Assembly: GCA_032249135.1 (NCBI GenBank)
Contig: JAVVGL010000001.1
Coordinates: 126,504-190,503 of the forward strand
Length of the DNA stretch: 64,000 bases
Origin: Candidatus Calescibacterium sp.
GTDB lineage: Bacteria; Calescibacteriota; Calescibacteriia; Calescibacteriales; Calescibacteriaceae
Direction: 5' to 3'
The notes beneath the pieces are model-generated. The model saw nothing but the letters and a program-made list of their open reading frames with translations, was not told where the DNA came from and did not search any database. This document shows positions 9,537-18,584 of this stretch, piece after piece (positions within the stretch are counted from its first letter, which is position 1; each line of letters begins with the position of its first letter). Position numbers and translations under genes: made by a program.

Positions 9537-10568
9537 TCATTTAATAGAAAAGAGAATATCAACAATTATTTTTCGTGTGTATTCAGCTGTTTCATCTCGC
9601 GGAGGAGTTGATGGCTCAACATAAGATATATCAAGCCATTTTTCTATATTCCATCCGGTTTCGTCTCTCATATTGTCCAAAACCCATATATTGAAATTTT
9701 TTATGCCAGCCGATAGTCCTGCTGAAATGTCTTTTTTAAGTTCATCGGGGGAATTGTACCCTTTGTTTCCAAAAGAGTCCTCTCCCACAAGTCCCAGCGA
9801 TAAAGCTGATTTTTCTCCAAATATTTTGAATATATCTTTTGCGTAGTCCCAAACAAAAAATTCGGGAACATCTATTTTTATTCCTATCTTTTCTAATCCT
9901 CCTTTGAGAATAGTTGAATACACCATAAAAGAATACTCATCGCAATTTCCGGGTAAAGGTATTCCTAAGTTTCTTTGAATCTTTTCTGAATTTCTCAATA
10001 TGTCATCTACGACGAAGGGAATTGCAACGCACATTACTTTCACTCTTTTTGAATGTGCAAAATCTATGATCTCATATATTTTCTTTTTTCCTTCCTCATA
10101 TACATCATCAGGAGGTTTTATTAGGGTTATAACCTTGGGAAAATCAAAAACAATAGTCACTTTTGCTGCGAATTCAAATGGTGGTTCAAAATCTAAAATT
10201 ATCCATTCTGCTTTGTAGTATTTGAGAAAATCTGATACTAACCGAAAAAATTTGTCAGCATTCCAGACAGATAACCAGTAACCATCTTCTTCTTTAAGTA
10301 AAAGCCAAGCCCTGAATTTCATTTTCTCAAGCGAAGGATGCGGAAAATCTCCATCTTTTACACGCAAAAACAGCTCAACTCCGAGCTCTTCAAGTTTATC
10401 GTATATTTTCTCATATTCTTCATACTGCAAAAACTCCGCCCATACAGCGAGAGAAAAATTCCTATTTTGCTCCTTCTTATTTCCGACACATCCTAATGAA
10501 ATCGTAAAAGGTGAAAAAAGTAGAATGAAGGAAAAACCGAGAAAAATTTTTCTATGTATTTTGGACAT
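9537..10568 (-). CDS. Hypothetical lipoprotein
   Basis: N-terminal signal peptide with lipobox-like LGCVG. 343 aa. No recognisable catalytic motif. Confidence 0.45.
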   Translation of the reverse strand: MSKIHRKIFLGFSFILLFSPFTISLGCVGNKKEQNRNFSLAVWAEFLQYEEYEKIYDKLEELGVELFLRVKDGDFPHPSLEKMKFRAWLLLKEEDGYWLSVWNADKFFRLVSDFLKYYKAEWIILDFEPPFEFAAKVTIVFDFPKVITLIKPPDDVYEEGKKKIYEIIDFAHSKRVKVMCVAIPFVVDDILRNSEKIQRNLGIPLPGNCDEYSFMVYSTILKGGLEKIGIKIDVPEFFVWDYAKDIFKIFGEKSALSLGLVGEDSFGNKGYNSPDELKKDISAGLSAGIKNFNIWVLDNMRDETGWNIEKWLDISYVEPSTPPRDETAEYTRKIIVDILFSIK

Positions 10569-10747
10569 TTTTGCCTATATTTATTTTGATTCTTTTATTC
10601 AACTTTATTCAACAAACCCTATTTTACTTCATTTTTTTCTTACACTTATTTTTCTTTTCTTGATTCTTCTTTCTCCATATTAAAGAACGTAATTTTTGTG
10701 CAATTAGATGAGAAAGTTTTCATTTTTTTGTTCAGTTTAGAATTTTT

Positions 10748-11806
10748 TCATAGAAAGTACGGTTGGAGTTCAAGACCTTCTTGTTCTTTGAAACCAAATT
10801 TGATGTTCATGTTTTGCACTGCTTGTCCGCTCGCTCCCTTTATAAGATTATCTATAACGCTGACTAATATCACATAATTTTTTGATTTTCTCATTCCGAC
10901 CCTTATGAAATTTGTCCCTGTTGTTGAGTATATATCTGGGAATTCTTCATACCAGAAATCAAAAAAGAAATTCTCTTTTGTGAAATCCTCATAGTATCTT
11001 ATCAAATCATCTTCCGGTTCTTGATCAAGTTTTACCCATATTGTTTCAAGTATTCCCCGCTTTGCAGGAATAAGTTGAGCTGAAAAGAGAATTTCCGGAC
11101 TTTCTCCGAACAAATCTTGTATTTTCTCTTTCATCTCTGGAACATGTCTATGTTCCACCCACGCATAAACTTTTAGATTTTCCGAAAGATATCCTAATGT
11201 AAGGTGGGGCAGAGCTTTTCTACCTGCTCCCGTCACCCCGCTTTTTGCATCTATTATTACATCTAAAACCTTTATTTTTTTCTCTTTTGCGTATTTTAGT
11301 AATGGTGCAAGAGCTAAAATAGAAGCTGTCGGATAACATCCGGGATTTGCTATAATTTCCGCTTCTTTCAATTTTTCTCTATAAAGCTCGGGGAGACCGT
11401 AAACTGATTTGTCAAGTAAACTTGGGACAGCATGTTCAAATCCATATATTCTTTTATATTCTTCTTTGTTTTTGAACCTAAAATCAGGAGAAAGGTCAAT
11501 TATGAGAGTTTTTATTCCGAGCTCAACAAGCTTTGCAACTATTCTGTGAGCTTTATTTTGTTCTGTACATAGAAAAACAACATCAAGTCCATCAACTTTC
11601 TCCTCTGAAAATTTCTCAACTTTTTCTATAATTTCATATTTTCTCAAAGACGGAATTATATCCTGAATTTTTCCTTCTTCTTCCGTTGAAAAGAGCTTCA
11701 AACTTTCTACTTTTTGGTGTTTCAAAAGGATTTTTAGTGTTTCTGATCCGGTGTATCCTCTCACTCCTAAAATACCTACTTTTATTTTTTTATCTGCTTT
11801 CATCAT
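10748..11806 (-). CDS. argC: N-acetyl-gamma-glutamyl-phosphate reductase
   Basis: GVRGYTGSETLKIL NAD-binding N-terminus. Active-site region ANPGCYPTASILALAPL with catalytic Cys. Confidence 0.9.
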   Translation of the reverse strand: MMKADKKIKVGILGVRGYTGSETLKILLKHQKVESLKLFSTEEEGKIQDIIPSLRKYEIIEKVEKFSEEKVDGLDVVFLCTEQNKAHRIVAKLVELGIKTLIIDLSPDFRFKNKEEYKRIYGFEHAVPSLLDKSVYGLPELYREKLKEAEIIANPGCYPTASILALAPLLKYAKEKKIKVLDVIIDAKSGVTGAGRKALPHLTLGYLSENLKVYAWVEHRHVPEMKEKIQDLFGESPEILFSAQLIPAKRGILETIWVKLDQEPEDDLIRYYEDFTKENFFFDFWYEEFPDIYSTTGTNFIRVGMRKSKNYVILVSVIDNLIKGASGQAVQNMNIKFGFKEQEGLELQPYFL

Positions 11807-11912
11807 TTGAATTTCAGGTTAGTTTATTTTTATTCAATTTATTTATATTCTGATTGATTTTAATTTAGCTTTGGGATTTTTGTCTGTCTGCAGATTTATA
11901 TTGTTTGCAGAT

Positions 11913-12443
11913 CTACCTTGATTTTTTCTCTGTTTTCATTTTTTGCTCAGATTTTTTCAGATTTGCTGAAATCGCAATTGAGATAGCATCTGTTATGTGA
12001 TGAGAAATATCTTGCGTGAGTTTCCCGTTCATTTTCCATTCAAATTTTTTGAGCTTTCTGATCACTGATTTTTTGACCTTTTCTTTATCTGCCATCTGAT
12101 CCCCTCCTGTGATCTTGCTTTTCACATAAAGTGGCGAAATAATTTGGACTTCAACTTTCCTTCTTCTTGCTATTTCTATGCAGGTTCCAACTATGAGTCC
12201 TAACTTCAAAGATGCACTGGGATCTTTCCACACGAAAACCGATTCAATCCCCGCAATATCTGGTTTCCATATTCTAAAAACCTCCTCAATCTTTTTACCT
12301 ATTTCCCATATTCTTTCAACAATTTCTCTATTATCTTGGCTTTGGATAACTCCGAAATCACGAAGTTTTATTCTTTTACCATTTATGTCCAATATTGCCC
12401 ATCCTAACTCCCTCAAACCTGGATCTATTCCAATAACTCTCAT
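11913..12443 (-). CDS. ruvC: Crossover junction endodeoxyribonuclease RuvC
   Basis: MRVIGIDPGLRELGWAILD... RNase-H-fold N-terminus with catalytic Asp. 176 aa, typical RuvC size. Confidence 0.9.
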   Translation of the reverse strand: MRVIGIDPGLRELGWAILDINGKRIKLRDFGVIQSQDNREIVERIWEIGKKIEEVFRIWKPDIAGIESVFVWKDPSASLKLGLIVGTCIEIARRRKVEVQIISPLYVKSKITGGDQMADKEKVKKSVIRKLKKFEWKMNGKLTQDISHHITDAISIAISANLKKSEQKMKTEKKSR

Positions 12444-12557
12444 AAACTAAATTTTAAACTTTCTGATTTTGAATGAAAAGAGGTTTATTACCAGATTTTG
12501 AGCAGAACAAATTTTTTTAATTAAAAAACCACCCCCTAATGACTATAATATTCTTTT

Positions 12558-13424
12558 GTGAGAAACTGGAAAAGTAAATTTTTAAAAGCGTTAAAAGAAG
12601 ACCCCGAGTTTGCCGCAGAGGTTAGAGCTTTGCTCCTATCAGAGGATCTTCTTAACTTACCCCCAAAATTTGATAGAATGGAGAAAAAAGTTGATAGGAT
12701 AGAATATAAGGTTGATAAGTTAGAAGAAAGACAAACAAGATTAGAAGAAAGACAGGATAGATTGGAAAAAAAAGTAGATAAGTTAGTAGAAGAAGTAGCC
12801 GGATTGAAACAAGATGTGGATATCCTCAAAAAAGATGTAGATACCCTTAAAAAGGATGTAGATATCCTCAAAAAAGATGTAGATACCCTTAAAAAGGATG
12901 TAGATATCCTCAAAAAAGATGTGGATATCCTTAAAAAGGATGTAGATATCCTTAAAAAGGATGTAGATATCCTTAAAAAGGATGTAGCTTATCTGAAAGG
13001 CTCCGATAGAGAGAGATGGTACAGAGATAGAGCACATGCTGTCTTTGGTAGAGTAATTTTGAAGGGAAAAACTTTTGAGGAGAGAGCAGCTGAAATCTTG
13101 TGGGATGCTTATAAGAGAGGTCAAATATCAAAAGAAGAAAGAGATGAAGTTTTATCATCCGATCTTCTGTGGAGCGGAGAAAGAGATGGAAAGTTTGTAG
13201 TTTTAGTTGTTGAGGTCTCATTCACAATATCTCAGGATGATGTTGAAAGAGCTAAAAAAAGAGCTGAAATCTTGAGAAAATTGGGAATTTTGGCTATCCC
13301 GGTAGTAGGTGGAGTTGAAATTGGAAAAGATGTAAAATTGGATGATGTTGTATGTATAGTAGATGGAAAATTTGACGATGAAGAATTTGAGAAATTATTT
13401 TTAAAACTTTCACAAAGTAAATAA
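12558..13424 (+). CDS. Coiled-coil heptad-repeat protein with C-terminal restriction-endonuclease-like (DUF3782-like) domain
   Basis: The central 21-bp tandem repeats encode (L/D)KKDVD(I/T) heptads. The C-terminus (...GERDGKFVVLVVEVSFTISQDDVERAKKRAEILRKLGILAIPVV...) resembles the small PD-(D/E)xK-like domain found behind coiled coils in proteins often annotated as Chordopoxvirus fusion protein-like. Confidence 0.55.
   Translation: MRNWKSKFLKALKEDPEFAAEVRALLLSEDLLNLPPKFDRMEKKVDRIEYKVDKLEERQTRLEERQDRLEKKVDKLVEEVAGLKQDVDILKKDVDTLKKDVDILKKDVDTLKKDVDILKKDVDILKKDVDILKKDVDILKKDVAYLKGSDRERWYRDRAHAVFGRVILKGKTFEERAAEILWDAYKRGQISKEERDEVLSSDLLWSGERDGKFVVLVVEVSFTISQDDVERAKKRAEILRKLGILAIPVVGGVEIGKDVKLDDVVCIVDGKFDDEEFEKLFLKLSQSK
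12811..12988. repeat. ~8.5 tandem copies of a 21-bp coding repeat (gatatcctyaaaaargatgta)
   Basis: Direct reading shows alternating variants gatatcctcaaaaaagatgta / gatacccttaaaaaggatgta. In-frame within CDS 12558-13424. The complementary strand gives the shadow ORF 12536-12913. Confidence 0.85.
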
Positions 13425-13444
13425 AAATTCAAATTCTTTTCTCT

Positions 13445-14209
13445 ATGAATCTACTCGAAAGTATAATTTTGGGAATAGTTCAAGGTATTACCGAATTTCT
13501 GCCTATATCAAGCTCGGGACATCTTGCTTTCTTCAAACAAGCAATGAAAGTTAAAATTGAAAACCCGCTCTTTTACGATGTATCTTTACATATAGGAACC
13601 ACTCTCTCGGTTATTTTCGTTTTGAGAAAGGATATTTTAGATTACATCAGAAAAAGAGAAATGCTGTTGGGGATTATTGTTTCTTTTATTTTTACAGTAC
13701 CAGTTGCTTTGTTTTTTGAAAATTTTGCTGAAAAAGTAGAAGAGAATCTCATTTTGTTATCATTTTCATTTTTTGCTGGTGCATTGATTCTTTTTTCTTC
13801 AAGATTTTTGCGCCTCAACTTGAAAAATCAGTTCATAAAATATGCTCTGATTGGCATTATGCAGGGAGTTTCTGCTACACCAGGTATTTCTCGCTCAGGA
13901 ACTACAATATCTACTGCTTTTGTTGTAGGGTTCACTCCTCAAGAGGCTTTTTCTTTCTCCTTTATATTATCAGTTCCGACCATTCTTTCTGCAATTTCTT
14001 ACGAGTTGATGAAAGTCATTTTGGGAAAAGAGACTGCTCCAAGTGTTGAATTTTCATACTTATTCTTTGGTATTCTTACATCATTTGTTTTTGGTGTCAT
14101 ATCACTTTACATTTTAAGAAAAATTGTAATAAACTATAAACTTTGGGTTTTTGGAATATATATGCTCTTTATGTCTTGTCTTTGCGTTGTGTGGAAATTT
14201 GCTATATAA
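13445..14209 (+). CDS. uppP: Undecaprenyl-diphosphatase
   Basis: N-terminus MNLLESIILGIVQGITEFLPISSSGHL is the UppP/BacA signature. 8-TM-like hydrophobic profile. Confidence 0.9.
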   Translation: MNLLESIILGIVQGITEFLPISSSGHLAFFKQAMKVKIENPLFYDVSLHIGTTLSVIFVLRKDILDYIRKREMLLGIIVSFIFTVPVALFFENFAEKVEENLILLSFSFFAGALILFSSRFLRLNLKNQFIKYALIGIMQGVSATPGISRSGTTISTAFVVGFTPQEAFSFSFILSVPTILSAISYELMKVILGKETAPSVEFSYLFFGILTSFVFGVISLYILRKIVINYKLWVFGIYMLFMSCLCVVWKFAI

Positions 14210-14222
14210 GACTTCATTAAAT

Positions 14223-15467
14223 TTAGAGAAACCTCATCAAAGTCATCTCAAATGCTCTCACCGCAACTATCATAGATGCCTGCAATACACTTTCTCTCAA
14301 AGAAAGATCTACTGATGCAAAAGCTATATCAATTTCCTCTATCTGAGATTTTATTATGTTATTTTGTACCTTTACGAATTCAAGAAAATCTTGCCTTTTT
14401 TGAACAAAACTTATGTTTTCTCCTACTTTTGCCCTGAGTGAGTTTAACTTCTCATAGGATTCTTGAATCTCAATTACTGCCGACCTCAGGAGTTCTTGTA
14501 AATTACCTTCTTTTCTACCTTTTAATATATCAGAGAGGTTTTTGAGAGTAGTAAGAATTCCGCTTATTCCTTTTGATGGATCTCCAAAAATTTCTTTGCC
14601 GGGTGTTCCTATTTCTACCATTTCAGATTTTATCTCAACAGAAAAAATCTCATCGTTGCCGTGATACTCCGGAATTCCATCTCCTCCAAAGTCTGCAAAA
14701 ATTCCCATACTGTCTTCCATTATTGAGAACTTGAAGCCGGGGGTTGAAGATGAAAGTTGAAGTTTTCCATCTGGTGAAACACTTGCAAGCACAAGTCCTA
14801 ATCCTTCTGAATTTATTCTGTTCGCAAGATCAGAAATCCTATCGGAATCAAAGTATCTTATATCCTTTGATAATATTACATTTCCTGAGTCATCATAAAC
14901 TTCAAGTTTGAATTTTCCTTCTTTTATATTAAATATGCTTCCGAAGGTCTGTGATGGATCAACTCCTTTTTGAGCTACCCAACTTTCTTGTTTTATTATC
15001 TCTCTATCTTCATAAGGTTTTCTGAAAAATCTTGAGTTTGGAACTACTCTTGTTCCACCAAATAAATATCTTCCGTTTATTGAGGTGTTTGCGATTTCAA
15101 CTGCTGATTTGAATAGTTCATCTACTGCCCTTGCAAGTGAGAGTAATTCTTCTGCAGAGACAGAGATAGCATCTATTCCTCTCTCTGCGTGGAGCTTTGC
15201 CTTGGCAAGAATATCAGATAGTTTAGATAAAGCTTCCTCTTTTGCTTGTAAAATCGCTGAAACTTGATGTGAATCGGAAAGATCTCGCGATATTTTTGAT
15301 ATTCTCACCTGAATTGTTCTTGCAAGGGAGTATTGAGAAGGATTATCAGATGGTCTTATAATTTGAAGTCCGGATGAAATTCTCTTTTGTAAATCAAAAA
15401 CATTTGATTGGTTTTTAACTATTGCATCCCGATGAGTATCAAAAAGAAATTTTGTTGGAACTCTCAT
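14223..15467 (-). CDS. flgL: Flagellar hook-associated protein 3 (FlgL, flagellin-like)
   Basis: Flagellin-type N-terminal helix (…RISSGLQIIRPSDNPSQYSLA...). C-terminal flagellin-like helix (...QASMIVAVRAFEMTLMRF). Immediately downstream of flgK. Confidence 0.7.
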   Translation of the reverse strand: MRVPTKFLFDTHRDAIVKNQSNVFDLQKRISSGLQIIRPSDNPSQYSLARTIQVRISKISRDLSDSHQVSAILQAKEEALSKLSDILAKAKLHAERGIDAISVSAEELLSLARAVDELFKSAVEIANTSINGRYLFGGTRVVPNSRFFRKPYEDREIIKQESWVAQKGVDPSQTFGSIFNIKEGKFKLEVYDDSGNVILSKDIRYFDSDRISDLANRINSEGLGLVLASVSPDGKLQLSSSTPGFKFSIMEDSMGIFADFGGDGIPEYHGNDEIFSVEIKSEMVEIGTPGKEIFGDPSKGISGILTTLKNLSDILKGRKEGNLQELLRSAVIEIQESYEKLNSLRAKVGENISFVQKRQDFLEFVKVQNNIIKSQIEEIDIAFASVDLSLRESVLQASMIVAVRAFEMTLMRFL

Positions 15468-15533
15468 TTTTATCCTCCATCCTCCTTTTTTATTTTTTCA
15501 GTTTTTTATTTTTGCCTTATTTTATTTTTTGCT

Positions 15534-17258
15534 TTATCCACCTCCACCTACTAATCCTAAAATTGTGAGTAAAAGTTCATCTGTTATTCTTACTATTCTT
15601 GCTGACGCCTCAAATGCTCTCTGAAACTCAATAATTCTTATGAACTCCTCATCTAACGATACTCCTGATCTTTGTTGGATCTGCTCTTCAAGGGTTTTTA
15701 CAACGAGTTCCTTTGCAGAAAACTCTGTGTTAATAAAACTCAAATTATTTCCGACTTCGTTTTGGATTCTTGTGTATATATCAAATATTGTTTCTGAACC
15801 GTTTATTTTTTCCTCGCGTAAAGCTGCAATTAAATTTGCAATATCGTTGTTGAAGGGAGCAGATGGATTAGAAGATGATGCCACACGCAGAGGATTTTCC
15901 TTGAATTCTTGAGCTACATCAAAATCAAAAACATTTTTTCCTACTAAAAGTGTATCTAAACCAAGAGCTACTGAAAGTCCTCCTGTGTCATTATATATAT
16001 CAAATGTGAATCCAGAATTTGCTTGAATTTTTAGTTTATTGTCAGGTGTTATTTGAGCTGTGATATATCCTGAATTTTCAGGTGCTGAATTTATAAAGTT
16101 TGCAATATTTGCTATTCCATCAACGCTTGGATCATAGAAAATTGTAAATGTTGAAATTAGATTCCCGTTTTCATCATATATTGCTATTGATAAAGAACCG
16201 GGAGATGCCGTGTATGGTAGTCCAGCAAAATTTATTGGAGTAAAAGAATCTGATGCGGAGTATTTTGAAGTTAGGCTTTGAAAATGTGCAATCCCAACTC
16301 CTTTTGCGTGTCTTTCTCCAACTATTTTTATTATTTGCCGCGCAAGTGAGTTTATTTTCGCTAATACATTCACTAATGTTTCATCTCTTGTCTTTAAAGC
16401 TCCTCCAATTACGCCTCCTATTATGAACGGAGTTATATCCCAAATATGACCTCTACCATCTATGTACTTTATTTTTTGCAAAAGTTTTCCTGAACCGTCT
16501 ATTGGATTTGATGGATTCTGTGGGTCAGCCTCTACTTTGAGAGAAAAAGCTCTGTCTTTGTCAACAAGTACATGACCTCCCTCTCTTATATATACATTTA
16601 TCATCCCGTTATCTTGCTCAAATGTGTCTATGTTTATAAATTCTGAAAGTTTTCTTATAAGTAAATCCCTTTTATCTTTGAGAGGATTTACATTCTCTTT
16701 TGCTGCTGATAGTTCTGCTATTTTCTTGTTGAGACCTGCTATTTCTGTCAAAATATTATTTACTTCTGTTATGTTTTCTGAAATTTGTTTGTCTATATCT
16801 TCTCTAATTTTGACTATTGAGTTAGCTAATTCTTTAAATCTTGCGATCATGCTTTGAGCTTTGAGAACAACATTTTGCCTCAGTGAAGGATTCTCCGGAT
16901 TTGTTGCAAGTTCCTCATAGGCGTTAAAGAAAGCGTCAATTGCGTTAAGAAGTCCTGCTCCTTCTGAGTCAGAAAGTAATGATTCTACTTGGCTAATTAT
17001 TTCTTTTTGAGATTGAAAAGATTTCAAGAATTGAAGTTCTGCGTGCATTCTTTTTTCAAGAAAGAAAAATCTTTCTCTTTTTGCTCCCTCAAATAAAACA
17101 CCTACCTGGCTTGGTGGCAGTGGAGAGAGTAGAGGAGTTTGTCTTGTGTATCCTTCTGTTTGGGCATTTTCAATATTTGTTGATACTATCTGGAGTGCAG
17201 ATCTTGATGCGAACATTCCATTTTTTGCTCCAAAGAGTATGTCCTTTATTCCAGCCAC
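15534..17258 (-). CDS. flgK: Flagellar hook-associated protein 1 (FlgK)
   Basis: N-terminus MAGIKDILFGAKNGMFASRSALQIVSTNIENAQTEGYTRQ matches the FlgK/FlgE rod-hook N-domain. The C-terminus (...DEEFIRIIEFQRAFEASARIVRITDELLLTIL) is the FlgK C-terminal domain. Confidence 0.85.
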   Translation of the reverse strand: MAGIKDILFGAKNGMFASRSALQIVSTNIENAQTEGYTRQTPLLSPLPPSQVGVLFEGAKRERFFFLEKRMHAELQFLKSFQSQKEIISQVESLLSDSEGAGLLNAIDAFFNAYEELATNPENPSLRQNVVLKAQSMIARFKELANSIVKIREDIDKQISENITEVNNILTEIAGLNKKIAELSAAKENVNPLKDKRDLLIRKLSEFINIDTFEQDNGMINVYIREGGHVLVDKDRAFSLKVEADPQNPSNPIDGSGKLLQKIKYIDGRGHIWDITPFIIGGVIGGALKTRDETLVNVLAKINSLARQIIKIVGERHAKGVGIAHFQSLTSKYSASDSFTPINFAGLPYTASPGSLSIAIYDENGNLISTFTIFYDPSVDGIANIANFINSAPENSGYITAQITPDNKLKIQANSGFTFDIYNDTGGLSVALGLDTLLVGKNVFDFDVAQEFKENPLRVASSSNPSAPFNNDIANLIAALREEKINGSETIFDIYTRIQNEVGNNLSFINTEFSAKELVVKTLEEQIQQRSGVSLDEEFIRIIEFQRAFEASARIVRITDELLLTILGLVGGGG

Positions 17259-17347
17259 TCCAAAGTATGAAAAATCGGAAAAAAAATAAGTTTTTTGAGT
17301 TTTACTTTTTGAAACTAAAATTTTTATATTCCCTGATTTAAATGCTG

Positions 17348-18532
17348 TTATATCCTCAAGATAATTTTCCCGCTTCCTGATATTTCAAATGAGTCATGAA
17401 GGAAATTTAGTTTTAGAGGTCCTATAGCTCCTACAAAGTTTGGAGCAGATATTCTGGTTTCTCCATTTATATTCTTTATGAAAGCTTTTGACTTTGCTGT
17501 ATATATTATTACTTTACCTTGTCCTGAAAGTTCAACCAAGTTGAAAGTCTTTTTTATTTTTGTCAAGTTATATTTGAATGATGGCTCAAACCCAATAAGG
17601 AATGGTTCCAAAATTACCGCTTTCTCATATCCTTCATCAACCTCAAAGGCAGATATATATTCTGCCGATAAAGTTACTTCACAATCAATACCTCTTATTT
17701 TTATAAATTTATGATTTTTCCCACCAAAAAAATCGTTTTTGATTTTCTGATCCTCTATTTTTTTCAGAGGAAAAAGTTTGTAGCTACCCGAAATAAAAAT
17801 GATGAAAGTTTCTCTTAAAATTATTTCGCTTTCACCTTTTAGAGAAATTTCCAAAATCCTACCTCGCTTTAGGAACCCATCCTTTTCCTCTATTTTTCTT
17901 AACTCTATCTTCTCCTCTTCTCCTTCTGGTATTCTCTCCTCTATTTTTTCCTCCCTTTCTTTTTCTTTTTCTTCTATTTTTTCCTCCTCTTTTCCAAGTC
18001 TTTTAGTTTCAATTTCCTCTTCAATCTCTCTTTTGAGCTCTTCAATTTTTTCTTCAATTTTCTCAATTTCTTCTGCTCTTTCGACTTTTTCCTTTTCTCC
18101 TACTTTCTCTAATTCCACCTCCTCTACCTCCAATATCTTTCCTTCTTCTTCTATTTTTCCCATTTCATTCTCTTCTCTCTGTTTCTTTTCTTCCTTTCTT
18201 TTTTGGCATTCCGAGAGGAGTTCTAATAATTTTTCTGATTCTGGAAAGACCATAGAACCTTCCCTTAAAACTCTTTCCGCCTCTTCTAACTTACCTGATT
18301 CTATTAATGCTCTGGAATAGTTGAGGAGAAGGTTCAAGTTTTCAGGATATTTTTTGTAAAGTTCACCGAAAACCTCAGATGCTTTTTCAAATTCCTTCTT
18401 TTTGAAAAGTGCTATGCCATATAGGTTGTATAATTTATCATCCTTTGATTTTGAATACTCTTTCTCCGCAAGCTCTATCGCTTCATCTATTTTTCCCTCT
18501 TTTATAAGATTCTGAATTTGATAAAAGATCAT
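17348..18532 (-). CDS. TPR-repeat protein with long Glu/Lys-rich charged segment and uncharacterised C-terminal beta domain
   Basis: N-terminal TPR-like helices (AIELAEKEYSKSKDDKLYNLYGIALFKKKEFEKASEVFGELYKKYPENLN...), ~100 aa of E/K/I periodic low complexity, C-terminal ~170-aa domain. Sits directly upstream of flgK, so a flagellar-associated role is possible. Confidence 0.45.
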   Translation of the reverse strand: MIFYQIQNLIKEGKIDEAIELAEKEYSKSKDDKLYNLYGIALFKKKEFEKASEVFGELYKKYPENLNLLLNYSRALIESGKLEEAERVLREGSMVFPESEKLLELLSECQKRKEEKKQREENEMGKIEEEGKILEVEEVELEKVGEKEKVERAEEIEKIEEKIEELKREIEEEIETKRLGKEEEKIEEKEKEREEKIEERIPEGEEEKIELRKIEEKDGFLKRGRILEISLKGESEIILRETFIIFISGSYKLFPLKKIEDQKIKNDFFGGKNHKFIKIRGIDCEVTLSAEYISAFEVDEGYEKAVILEPFLIGFEPSFKYNLTKIKKTFNLVELSGQGKVIIYTAKSKAFIKNINGETRISAPNFVGAIGPLKLNFLHDSFEISGSGKIILRI

Positions 18533-18584
18533 CAGAGAAAATTTTAAAAATGGAACAGTTTATATTCAAGTTATATTCAAGTTT

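Noticed and set aside
12536-12913. Minus-strand ORF encoding (STSFLRI/V)n repeats
   Set aside because: It is the reverse complement of the 21-bp tandem repeat array inside the better-supported plus-strand coiled-coil gene. This is a shadow ORF created by the repeat.
12811-12988. Possible CRISPR array (regularly spaced 21-bp repeats)
   Set aside because: The repeats are directly adjacent with no spacers, are in frame within a coding sequence, and there are no cas genes. It is a coding tandem repeat.
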